From a phage, in NCBI GenBank assembly GCA_011839185.1, contig GCA_011839185.1_3918.1: DNA of 64,000 nucleotides, one strand, 5' to 3'. Numbering within the stretch: position 1 is the first letter of the stretch; every line of letters begins with the position of its first letter. Positions 50,294 to 58,704 of the stretch are shown in pieces. Below the pieces are notes generated by a model. It ran no database searches, was not told where the DNA came from, and worked only from the letters and a program-made list of their open reading frames with translations. The position numbers and the translations under genes are program-made.

Positions 50294-50579
50294 CGTTAAA
50301 CTCTCTGACGAAGAAATAGTTGACTTTATTATTACCTACCATAAGGTCAAAGCAGGTATTCTCAAAAGGTTTGTTGTAGGCATCGTATGAAGTGTACGTA
50401 TCAGCTACTTGTTTAGTATTGAGCTTTTTACTTGATGGGTTTAAGAGGCCACCATACAGTTTCTTGATAGCCTCTTCTACAACAGACCAGATGATTTCGT
50501 CAGTAATTTCTTCGTACAGGTCAAGTTCACGCTCTAGTGAGAAGTCACAAATAGGGAAGATAACCTGTACTTTGCTCAT
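50286..50579 (-). CDS. hypothetical protein (97 aa)
   Basis: ORF only. Confidence 0.45.
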   Translation of the reverse strand: MSKVQVIFPICDFSLERELDLYEEITDEIIWSVVEEAIKKLYGGLLNPSSKKLNTKQVADTYTSYDAYNKPFENTCFDLMVGNNKVNYFFVREFNDE

Positions 50580-50974
50580 TAACGAATAACCTGTGAAACT
50601 TGAATTGCTTCAGTTACAGACAAATCACCAACTTTCTCTTCTTTGATGAAAGTAAAGGTGAGTTCAACAGGTTCTTGCTCTTCTTGCTCAACTGGAATAC
50701 CGTTAAGCTCATCAAAGATTGATTGGGTAGTCCAGTCTTCTCCACCATCTGGATAGTGGATGGCATAAAGAGGAAACTCTAAATTATACCAAGCAAAAAC
50801 AGGACAACCGTCTGCATCATCTCGGCATCTGTGGAGGTACGTATTTGTACCTTCAAAATGCAAATGAAGATTGCCATTCTTCTCAAAGAGAAGAGCATCT
50901 CGCAGGTCTAGTTCCTCATTTTCGCTGTAACGACTGACATCAACTTTAACGTGGATATGACTGTTATTATTCAT
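50579..50974 (-). CDS. hypothetical protein (131 aa)
   Basis: ORF only. Confidence 0.45.
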   Translation of the reverse strand: MNNNSHIHVKVDVSRYSENEELDLRDALLFEKNGNLHLHFEGTNTYLHRCRDDADGCPVFAWYNLEFPLYAIHYPDGGEDWTTQSIFDELNGIPVEQEEQEPVELTFTFIKEEKVGDLSVTEAIQVSQVIR

Positions 50975-51365
50975 AAAAACCTCTCTCTGCTTGTTCGATT
51001 TTTGCTCTTAAAGTTTCGCAATGCTGTAAATGGTAGTTAGCTTCTTGTTCATGTGTTGCTAACTGCCTTTCAAGAACAGTTTTATAGTAACCTGCAAGTT
51101 GCTCTTTTGTCAATGGGTGCTCTGAAATAATATCAAGTCCACTTTCACCAAGAGGATTGAATTGTCCATGCTCATTGACATTGTAAGTCTCAAACTTGAA
51201 CATACCATTGTTCACAGACTCAATAGGTGACAGTTCAACAAGCTCTACAGTAAACCGTGTATACACCTTGTCGCCTCTTGAAACTACATTGTTTCCAATG
51301 ATGCGTACAAGCGAACCATTACGAGTGTATTTAAAAGTCCCAAAATCACTAGCCCAAAGCTTCAT
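50967..51365 (-). CDS. hypothetical protein (132 aa)
   Basis: ORF only. Confidence 0.45.
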   Translation of the reverse strand: MKLWASDFGTFKYTRNGSLVRIIGNNVVSRGDKVYTRFTVELVELSPIESVNNGMFKFETYNVNEHGQFNPLGESGLDIISEHPLTKEQLAGYYKTVLERQLATHEQEANYHLQHCETLRAKIEQAERGFYE

Positions 51366-51379
51366 AGTTTTCTCCTTAG

Positions 51380-51408
51380 AAAATAAAAAAGGCTCCCGAA
51401 GGAGCCTA
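51380..51408 (-). terminator. rho-independent terminator (minus strand) after lysozyme gene
   Basis: GGCTCC TTCG GGAGCC hairpin followed by T-run on minus strand. Confidence 0.5.
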
Positions 51409-51416
51409 TGAAGATA

Positions 51417-51881
51417 TTACTTTGGATATACACTGTCAAGATAAATGTCAGCTTCCATTCTACGTCTGTTTTTCAGACCGTTTGAAGTGACCTTCTTACC
51501 TTTGACTGTAACCTTGTTCCACCACTGCATAGCTTCTGCACAACCTACCTTATTACCAGCATTGTGGCGCTTGATAAATGTGGAATCCTGCATAGCTGTG
51601 ATACCGATGTTGTATGTTTCACTTACAAGTGCATCGAACTCATTCTGAGTAGTTGGAACCTTGATAGCTTTGTTCACTGCTGCAACAAACTTCTCAACAT
51701 CCGCGAGAAGATACTGTTCAGCTTGTTCAGCGGTGATTTTCATTCCCATCTTAACAGGTTTTCCGTCAATACGGATTGTACCATACCCGATTGTTGGGAT
51801 TCCGGCAGAGTCTTCGTAAGCCTCTAACTCCAGACCTTCGAAGAACTTAATAGCTTCTAAACCTTTTCTTGAGAGTTGCAT
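51417..51881 (-). CDS. lysozyme (glycoside hydrolase family 24-like endolysin)
   Basis: N-terminal EGLELEAYEDSAGIPTIGYG matches the T4/lambda-type lysozyme catalytic region. Confidence 0.8.
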   Translation of the reverse strand: MQLSRKGLEAIKFFEGLELEAYEDSAGIPTIGYGTIRIDGKPVKMGMKITAEQAEQYLLADVEKFVAAVNKAIKVPTTQNEFDALVSETYNIGITAMQDSTFIKRHNAGNKVGCAEAMQWWNKVTVKGKKVTSNGLKNRRRMEADIYLDSVYPK

Positions 51882-52765
51882 TATGCCTCCCCTGCTGGGT
51901 TAACAGTAACTGTTGCAGCATTAGACGTTACAGAACCACCTGCACCAGTAACTACACAGGTGTAGCTTCCTGCATCAGCAGCGGTTGCACCTTCTTTGGT
52001 GTAAGTTGCAGTAGTTGCATCGAGGATGTCTTCCTCACCTTTCTTCCATTGGTAACCTGTCGCACCTGTTGCCACAACATTCAGCGTTAAGGTCTCACCT
52101 TCAGTGATTTCTTGATTTGCTGGCTGTTGAGTGATTACTGGAAGTGCATTCACAGTAACTGTTGCTGCATCTGAGGTAACACTTGTTCCACCCTCTCCAG
52201 ATACAACACAAGTGTATGAACCAGCGTCAGAAGGTGCTACTGACTGTTTTGTGTAAGTTGCAGAATTGGCACTAGGGATGTCCTCACCATCCTTTTTCCA
52301 TTGATATCCAGTGGCATTAGTTGCAATAACGCTTAGGGTAAGTGTACCCCCTTCATTTACTGTTTGATTGGTTGGTTGCTGAGTGATTGATGGTGGTGTG
52401 ATGACATCTTTCAACTTAGCATTCAACATTGAGAACGGCTTAACTCTTGCCAACCATTCACAGTAAATTGTGTCAACATCTTTACCATTGATGATTGCAT
52501 ACTGCAAATCCATGAAGAAATCAGCAGTTCTCATCTGTGCACCAACACTGTAAAGCAATTCATCACTAAATGGAACTTTGTAGTCTGGTTTGTAGTCAAA
52601 CTTCTCAACTTCTGCAATATCAGCTTCAGGCCAATATGAACTATAGGTAAGTGGTAAAATAGCCTCTTGATATGTTCTAAAATCATATCTCTTACCAGCC
52701 TTTACGTTTGCAATGAAGCCCTTCACAAACTCTTTAAAGTCTGGGTAAGTCTTTGCTTTAATCAT
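51881..52765 (-). CDS. protein with two tandem Ig-like repeats at C-terminus
   Basis: Two about 85-aa repeats (ITQQP(A/T)NQ..EG(E/G)TLTL.V.ATGATGYQWKK...GSYTCVV); N-terminal domain paralogous to next ORF. Confidence 0.5.
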   Translation of the reverse strand: MIKAKTYPDFKEFVKGFIANVKAGKRYDFRTYQEAILPLTYSSYWPEADIAEVEKFDYKPDYKVPFSDELLYSVGAQMRTADFFMDLQYAIINGKDVDTIYCEWLARVKPFSMLNAKLKDVITPPSITQQPTNQTVNEGGTLTLSVIATNATGYQWKKDGEDIPSANSATYTKQSVAPSDAGSYTCVVSGEGGTSVTSDAATVTVNALPVITQQPANQEITEGETLTLNVVATGATGYQWKKGEEDILDATTATYTKEGATAADAGSYTCVVTGAGGSVTSNAATVTVNPAGEA

Positions 52766-53133
52766 TTCTTTTTAGCCTCTAAATGTGCGTTTAGTCTAAA
52801 ATAACCTTTGTGGTGTGGAGATACATCACCAACAACAATGCCTTTAACCTTATAACCTTTACCAATTACATACTGAATATCCATAAGGAATCTCCCAAGA
52901 CCAACAATATGGAACATTGGATATAATAGGTTCTCAGAGTCTGGAATATTGATTTCAGGTTTGTAGGTGTGTTGTTTGCTTGTTGGTGTAATATCTTCTT
53001 CAGGCCATTTACTGAGTCTCCATGTCAAAGGTGTTGGGATAACATCATTAAGGTTGTACCTTTCACCATTTTGCACGGAATTGATATAGGATTGTAGGAA
53101 GCAATAAAAGTCTTTTGCACTCTTAGCTTTCAT
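52762..53133 (-). CDS. hypothetical protein, paralog of N-terminal domain of preceding gene
   Basis: Shared MD(I/L)QY(A/V)I and W(P/L)E(E/A)DI segments. Confidence 0.45.
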   Translation of the reverse strand: MKAKSAKDFYCFLQSYINSVQNGERYNLNDVIPTPLTWRLSKWPEEDITPTSKQHTYKPEINIPDSENLLYPMFHIVGLGRFLMDIQYVIGKGYKVKGIVVGDVSPHHKGYFRLNAHLEAKKK

Positions 53134-53180
53134 TAAATATCCTTATAAATAGTTAAAGGGGCTGATGCCCCTATTCACAC

Positions 53181-53771
53181 TTAAGCTTTGGTCTTAAGTA
53201 GGTTTTTAAGTTTTTTAAGATTCATACTCTCATCAAACTTAAAACCAAATCCATTGACATAATCAATGAACTCGGATTTCTTACTGAGTGACAATGCGTA
53301 ACTCATATCGAAGTTCTTACTTGTTTCTGCGTCTGGACTAGAGTTCACATCAAATGAAATTTCTGTAGGTTCTTGCTTACTTTTTCTCATATTATCAACC
53401 AACAAACATGTATAGTTTGCTGGATAGAAGTTTACACTACCATCAACGTAGCTGTACTTATTATTATGGATAAGGTTTGAAAATACCTTAAGAAATGTTT
53501 CTGAGTCGTGGCAAACAAGTTTGAATTGGCTGCTCTCTCCAAGCGCAACTAATGAGTACGGACTTTCACTATCAAAGTCATAATTTGGATTCGATGGCGT
53601 CACTGTTACACGCATCAAGTTATTAGCGATAGTCTTCTGTTTAAAAGAATTTTGAACATAGTGAAGACCTCTATCACACTGATTGACTAGCTCTTTAAGT
53701 AGGTCATTTGCATATGGTGAATTAATTGATACAGAGCCATCACTATTGTAATTAAAACTTACTGTTAACAT
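53181..53771 (-). CDS. hypothetical protein (196 aa)
   Basis: ORF only. Confidence 0.45.
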   Translation of the reverse strand: MLTVSFNYNSDGSVSINSPYANDLLKELVNQCDRGLHYVQNSFKQKTIANNLMRVTVTPSNPNYDFDSESPYSLVALGESSQFKLVCHDSETFLKVFSNLIHNNKYSYVDGSVNFYPANYTCLLVDNMRKSKQEPTEISFDVNSSPDAETSKNFDMSYALSLSKKSEFIDYVNGFGFKFDESMNLKKLKNLLKTKA

Positions 53772-53998
53772 TTTTCAGTTCTCCTGCGATTTATAATTTT
53801 GCTGCAATAGAGAAACGAAGTAAACTCACTGGAAGAAACCATTAAGTGTTGTTCACTAGATTGAGCCATTGCCCTGAAATACATTCCAGTCAAAGCATCA
53901 TAGTGACTATTCTTTCCAATTGAGGTTATATAGCCATGACTCTTTGCAGTTTGATATAAATCTATAATATCTGCGATTTCTAATTGGGAACTACACAT
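53765..53998 (-). CDS. hypothetical protein (77 aa)
   Basis: ORF only. Confidence 0.35.
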   Translation of the reverse strand: MCSSQLEIADIIDLYQTAKSHGYITSIGKNSHYDALTGMYFRAMAQSSEQHLMVSSSEFTSFLYCSKIINRRRTEKC

Positions 53999-54390
53999 AG
54001 ATAATCCTCTTGTCTTCTGTAATTTTGAAAGAACAGGTACAGACCAATTTCAGAGGATGAATAGTAGATTAACTCTACCCTTTTTGATTCCTTACAGTGA
54101 TTGGTATTCTTACCTTTCTTCGGTTTATTTGATTTTCTCATTAAGTCTCCTTTGTAGAACAAGGCAGACCTACAGCTTTAACTAAGATGGTACAGTAATC
54201 CATACAACAAGTCAAGAACTATTGCAAGTTAAAAAAGTTGTTGACAAAGTACTTGACAAGGTGTAGGCTTATAAATACTTAGAAGATAACTTAAAAGGTT
54301 CCTCTAAAAAGGCTATTTAAACAGATATCTTTCTGGATATCTATCTTTTATCTTAAAAGCCTTTTAAGAGGTCTTATAAGAGGCATACCA

Positions 54391-54762
54391 ATGAAAAACA
54401 GAACAAACAAAGGCCAGTTTAAAAAAGGCCAGTCTGGAAACCCATCTGGAAGACCAAAAGGCTCTCGTAACAAAAGCTCACTTGTAAAAGCTCAACTGAC
54501 CATTGATAATTCTGCTGAGTTTGCTGCAAAGTTGTTTGAAGCAATTGTTACAAGGGATGCTGCTAAGCTTGCAGAGTTCGGGTTAAACACAGACGACGTA
54601 ACCATCAAGAGCATGATTGAGGTCGGTAAAACTATCATGACTCACTCAGCAGGTGAGATGAAAGCCATTGCAGCAGACACTAAGAAGACTCCTGATAATG
54701 GTGGTCAGTCTCAGACAGATAACAAACCAACGTTCTCTGCTGTAGCGACTCTTAAAAAATAA
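54391..54762 (+). CDS. conserved phage-like protein with basic N-terminal GNPSGRPKG motif
   Basis: KGQSGNPSGRPKGSRNK motif. Confidence 0.45.
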   Translation: MKNRTNKGQFKKGQSGNPSGRPKGSRNKSSLVKAQLTIDNSAEFAAKLFEAIVTRDAAKLAEFGLNTDDVTIKSMIEVGKTIMTHSAGEMKAIAADTKKTPDNGGQSQTDNKPTFSAVATLKK

Positions 54763-54843
54763 TTTTAAAAGATGTTGACAGACTCTACAAAGTTGCTCTA
54801 AAGTCTGTCACATCAAACAACAAATGAGAGAAGAGAGTAAAAT

Positions 54844-56259
54844 ATGAGCGAATTATTTAAACATGCGCACCTTCATGCAGGTCGAACTGAAAATGGTGCT
54901 GTAAACCATACTTCATCAATGTCTGCTCTTGTAGACTTTTACAAAGCTGCTGGTTCAAGCCGTAGTAACGTAGAAATCTTACCAGACCTGTTCTACAAAG
55001 CTTTGCGTGAGGATGTTGATGTTGCAGTTCGTATTTTGCTTCATATGCGAGATGTACGAGAAGGTATGGGTGAGCGTAAAGCCTTCAGAACTGTTTTGCT
55101 TCAAGCAATTGAAGATAAAGTTTTAGAGTCTACGCAGGTTCTTCGCATTATGGATAAGATTGCAGAACTTGGTCGTTTTGATGACTTCAAAATCTTCGTA
55201 GGTACTCGTTTCGAGACAGATGCCTTCAAACATTTAGAAGAAGCATTACTAGACCCTGCAACAGCAGGTTTGGCGGCTAAGTGGTTACCACGAGTCAAAC
55301 CACGTCATAAGCAGTTTGTAAAACGTTTCTGCAAGTTTGCCAACTTGAGTGAGAAAGAGTACCGCACACTGTTGTCTGCACTATCTGATACAGTTGAGCA
55401 AAAAATCTCTGCTAATGAGTTTGGTAAGATTGACTACAGTAAGATTCCTTCACTTGCTGCTGCACGTTACCAAAAACTGTTTAACCGTAAAGATGGAGAG
55501 CGTTACAAAGCTTACATCGAGTCCTTATCAAAAGGTGAGGCTAAGATTAATGCTGGTGCTGTTTACCCATACGATGTGATTAAATCTGTCAAGCATGGTA
55601 ATGCAGATGTTGCTAATGAGCAGTGGAAAGCACTACCAAACTGGATGGCAGAAGGTGAAAACATCTTGTGTATGTCTGATGTATCAAGTTCAATGTCTTG
55701 GGTGAATTTTGGCTCCATTACTGCTCTGGATATTGGTGTATCACTTGCCTTGTATGTAGCAGAACGCAATACAGGTTGCTTTAAGAATGAGTTGATGGTT
55801 TATTCAACAAACCCTCACTTCATCGAACTGAGTGGTGATTTACGAAACCGTCATCGTCAGGTGATGCGACACGTTGAATATGGCTCAACTAACTTACAAG
55901 CAGCTTTTGACCGCATTCTTGAGACAGGCAAAAGAAACAACTTGACTCAGAAAGATATGCCAAGTAAGCTTATCATCTTCTCCGATATGGAGTTTAATCA
56001 GGTTGATGGGGCTAACGGTCGTACAAACTTTGAAGCAATTCAGAGTAAGTACAAAAAAGCTGGATATGAGATGCCACAACTGGTATTCTGGTACTTAGCA
56101 AACCGTAATGGTACTTGCGAAGTATCTGTTAAGGATAACGGTGTAGCAATGGTATCAGGGTTCTCTCCAGCCACTTTAAAAGCTCTGCTTGGTGGTGAGA
56201 AGTTTGACCCAATCAGTGTAATGCTCAAAGCAGTAATGATTGACCGTTATATCTGGTAA
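54844..56259 (+). CDS. von Willebrand factor A (vWA/MIDAS) domain protein, possibly TROVE/Ro60-related
   Basis: MIDAS-like DVSSSM ... GSTN ... FSDME in C-terminal half; 471 aa; immediately upstream of tRNA cluster. Confidence 0.55.
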   Translation: MSELFKHAHLHAGRTENGAVNHTSSMSALVDFYKAAGSSRSNVEILPDLFYKALREDVDVAVRILLHMRDVREGMGERKAFRTVLLQAIEDKVLESTQVLRIMDKIAELGRFDDFKIFVGTRFETDAFKHLEEALLDPATAGLAAKWLPRVKPRHKQFVKRFCKFANLSEKEYRTLLSALSDTVEQKISANEFGKIDYSKIPSLAAARYQKLFNRKDGERYKAYIESLSKGEAKINAGAVYPYDVIKSVKHGNADVANEQWKALPNWMAEGENILCMSDVSSSMSWVNFGSITALDIGVSLALYVAERNTGCFKNELMVYSTNPHFIELSGDLRNRHRQVMRHVEYGSTNLQAAFDRILETGKRNNLTQKDMPSKLIIFSDMEFNQVDGANGRTNFEAIQSKYKKAGYEMPQLVFWYLANRNGTCEVSVKDNGVAMVSGFSPATLKALLGGEKFDPISVMLKAVMIDRYIW

Positions 56260-56277
56260 AAAGTTTTAAAAAGGGTA

Positions 56278-56306
56278 TTGACAATGTGTTTAATACCCTT
56301 TAATAT
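56278..56306 (+). promoter_or_regulatory. sigma70-like promoter upstream of tRNA cluster
   Basis: TTGACA, 17-nt spacer, TAATAT. Confidence 0.45.
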
Positions 56307-56423
56307 GTTCTACATAGAAACGAAATGAGAGCTTTTCTAAGATACTGAAAAATATTTTAAAAAGTTCTTGACAACCACTAAAAAATAATGTTAAAGTGGT
56401 TACATAGAGTTTGAAAAGTTTAT

Positions 56424-56497
56424 CTCTGTTTAGCTCAGCTTGGTAGAGCGTTCCGTTTGGGGCGGTAAGGCCGGAGGTTCAAGTCCTCCAACAGAGA
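56424..56497 (+). tRNA. tRNA-Pro (anticodon TGG)
   Basis: Cloverleaf by eye: acceptor ctctgtt/aacagag, anticodon loop tttgggg, T-loop ttcaagt, CCA encoded. Confidence 0.75.
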
Positions 56498-56507
56498 CCA
56501 AATTAAT

Positions 56508-56582
56508 GTTCCAGTGGACAAAATGGTAAAGTCACCACTCTTTCAAAGTGGATATTTGAGGGTTCAAATCCCTTCTGGAACG
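56508..56582 (+). tRNA. tRNA-Glu (anticodon TTC)
   Basis: Acceptor gttccag/ctggaac, anticodon loop ctttcaa, T-arm gaggg-ttcaaat-ccctt, CCA encoded. Confidence 0.75.
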
Positions 56583-56676
56583 CCAGTTTTGACAGAAGAC
56601 CAATTACAGCAAACTTAATCTTATTCATCTGAAGGTAAATCGGACAAAGAAGAGATTTGGTCTGGTCATTAAGAAT

Positions 56677-56750
56677 TGCGGGTATAGAGAAAGGGCGTCT
56701 CACATGTCTCATTAGCATGGTATCGGCAGGTTCGACTCCTGCACCCGCCT
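56677..56750 (+). tRNA. tRNA with CAT anticodon (Met or Ile-lysidine type)
   Basis: Anticodon loop ctcatta; 1-72 mismatch; T-arm gcagg-ttcgact-cctgc; CCA encoded. Confidence 0.6.
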
Positions 56751-56836
56751 CCAAATTTACAGAAGACCGTTTACAGCAATATTTATTAAATTTTTAGCGG
56801 AAAAATTGAAAGATACGGTCTGGTAATACTAAACAT

Positions 56837-56910
56837 GGTTAGGAAGCACATAAGGTATGTGCGGTCGCCTGTTAAGCGAATGGCACAGGGTTCGAATCCC
56901 TGACTAACCG
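56837..56910 (+). tRNA. tRNA-Asn (anticodon GTT)
   Basis: Anticodon loop ctgttaa; T-arm caggg-ttcgaat-ccctg; CCA encoded. Confidence 0.7.
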
Positions 56911-56982
56911 CCAAATTTAGGAGAGAAGCGATTGCTCACCGATTTGTAAGGTGCAAGTCCTTAGCCTGAATAGAAATCAAAT

Positions 56983-57067
56983 GTGTCGTTATCCCGTAGA
57001 TGGTAGCGGTGGGGACTGTAAATCCCTTGTCATTGAGACTCGGTAGGTTCGACTCCTACACGGCACA
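56983..57067 (+). tRNA. tRNA-Tyr (anticodon GTA), long variable arm
   Basis: 85 nt; anticodon loop ctgtaaa; acceptor gtgtcgt/acggcac; CCA encoded. Confidence 0.7.
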
Positions 57068-57075
57068 CCAATAAA

Positions 57076-57150
57076 GGTTATGTAGTTTAATTTGGTTAAA
57101 ATACTCCCCTGTCACGGGAGATGATGAGGGTTCAAATCCCTTCGTAACCG
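57076..57150 (+). tRNA. tRNA-Asp (anticodon GTC)
   Basis: Anticodon arm ctccc-ctgtcac-gggag; T-loop ttcaaat; CCA encoded. Confidence 0.7.
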
Positions 57151-57298
57151 CCAATTTTGAGAGGGCTATTTAGCCCCTCCCTTAAAGGGTTCTTACGAGT
57201 ATCCTTTAAAGGAGCAGAAGACCAAATACAGCAAGTTACTTAAAATTTCAAGCCAATTTAATTTTGAAAAATTTAAAACTTGGTCTGGCTCAACAAAT

Positions 57299-57432
57299 TT
57301 ACAGAAGACCGTTTACAGCAAAACTTAAACAATCTATTTCTCGGTAAAGAAAAGGCGAAGGTTCGATTCCTTCACTCGGCAGATGTCGAGTTGGTGTAAT
57401 GGTAGCACTTAAGATGATAAACAACGGTCTGG
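57299..57432 (+). ncRNA. candidate structured spacer RNA with tRNA-like T-arm (unit 4 of a repeated family)
   Basis: Conserved 5' box CAGAAGACCGTTTACAGCAA pairs with 3' ACGGTCTGG; contains canonical T-arm gaagg-ttcgatt-ccttc (57357-57373) without matching 5' acceptor, and a D-arm-like agttggtgtaatggtagcac. Confidence 0.4.
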
Positions 57433-57581
57433 TAATTATCTTTGTAGATAAGTTATTAAGCTTACCTGTGAGTATGCGACCACAAAGGGTGAAAGGGTAA
57501 ATTCTAGATTTAAACCTAAAAAGGCACATCGCTACAGACCTTAAGCAAGTCTGGGTAGCTTATCTACAAAGATAATTTAAT

Positions 57582-57654
57582 GGAAGTGTAGCAGAATGGT
57601 GATGCGGCAGACTTTTAATCTGACAGGCGATGGGTTCGAATCCCTCCACTTCTA
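57582..57654 (+). tRNA. tRNA-Lys (anticodon TTT)
   Basis: Anticodon loop cttttaa; acceptor ggaagtg/cacttct; weak T-stem; CCA encoded. Confidence 0.65.
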
Positions 57655-57735
57655 CCAAATTCACCCTTAACTGAGAAACACCTGCGCGGCTGGAAACACC
57701 CACTCAACAGTTTCTCTAACTAGGGTACTTATTCT

Positions 57736-57809
57736 GGTTCAGTCGCAGATAAGGTAATGCAAGGGTCTCATAAGCCCTATGAATGTGGGTTCGATTCCCA
57801 TCTGAACCT
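57736..57809 (+). tRNA. tRNA with CAT anticodon (Met or Ile-lysidine type)
   Basis: Anticodon arm agggt-ctcataa-gccct; acceptor ggttcag/ctgaacc; CCA encoded. Confidence 0.7.
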
Positions 57810-57828
57810 CCAATTCGTTGGTGATATT

Positions 57829-58314
57829 ATGTTTTGTGCTAATAAAGATTGTGACAACAAAGCCGTTAAAGGTGGAAAGTATTGTTCACGCTCTTGTGCT
57901 GCAAGGGTAAACAACAAGAGTCATCCAAAAAGAAGACAAGAAGGCTCTTGTCATTCATGTGGAAAGCAGACACCAAAATCAAGAAAGTATTGTGATGAAT
58001 GTATTTCAAATGGTATTCTGAAACAATACAAAAACCCCGATGAAGAAAAGAAAGCGAAGTCACAACACGTTAAAAAGTCTCGTGACAAACTTAAGAGGGT
58101 TTTAGTTGATTACAAAGGTGGTTGTTGCTCAATTTGTGGATACAATAAGTGCATAAAGGCTTTAGAGTTTCACCACTTAGACCCTAATACAAAGGACTTC
58201 ACAGTAGGACAAAAACACTTCTCTATAGAGGTAATGAAGTCTGAAGTTGATAAGTGTGTATTACTGTGTGCAAATTGCCACAGAGAGGTACACGAAGGGG
58301 TAACAAAGCTGTGA
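57829..58314 (+). mobile_element. HNH endonuclease nested between tRNA genes
   Basis: C-terminal CANCHREVHEG HNH/Zn motif and multiple CxxC pairs; start reset to ATG at 57829 (track start 57757 lies inside the tRNA). Confidence 0.6.
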
Positions 58315-58380
58315 AAGCACATATGGATGTGCATTCGGCTGATAACCGAAAGGCAGAAGGTTCGAATCCTTCTCACAGTA
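58308..58380 (+). tRNA. tRNA-Ile (anticodon GAT)
   Basis: Anticodon arm ttcgg-ctgataa-ccgaa; T-arm gaagg-ttcgaat-ccttc; 5' end overlaps the HNH stop codon. Confidence 0.7.
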
Positions 58381-58398
58381 CCAATTTCAATAAAGTTG

Positions 58399-58427
58399 TT
58401 GACATTGAGATGTGACTACTTTATAGT
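58399..58427 (+). promoter_or_regulatory. sigma70-like promoter inside tRNA cluster
   Basis: TTGACA, 17-nt spacer, TATAGT. Confidence 0.45.
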
Positions 58428-58630
58428 AACCTTAGTTTTCGTTGCGTAGCGTCTATTTTGCAAATTTAAAATAAATGCAAACGACAATGTTTTTCTGGCA
58501 GTAGCTTGATAGGCTAAACACCAGTGAGGTCTTCCAATCCCTCATCAAAGAATTTGGCGTACTCGCCCACGGTATGATTAATAAGGTGGGCATCTTTAAG
58601 GGCTTTCTAAGAGAGTCTTTAAAGATTAAT

Positions 58631-58704
58631 GCACCCTTAGTTCAACTGGACAGAGCAAATGACTTCTAATCATTGAGTTACAGGTTCGAATCCTGTAGGG
58701 TGTG
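58631..58704 (+). tRNA. tRNA-Arg (anticodon TCT)
   Basis: Anticodon arm aatga-cttctaa-tcatt; acceptor gcaccct/agggtgt; CCA encoded. Confidence 0.75.

Noticed and set aside
57757-57828. Track start codon of the HNH ORF at 57757
   Set aside because: This ATG lies inside the tRNA at 57736-57809; the ATG at 57829 (MFCANKD...) after the tRNA 3' end is the more plausible start
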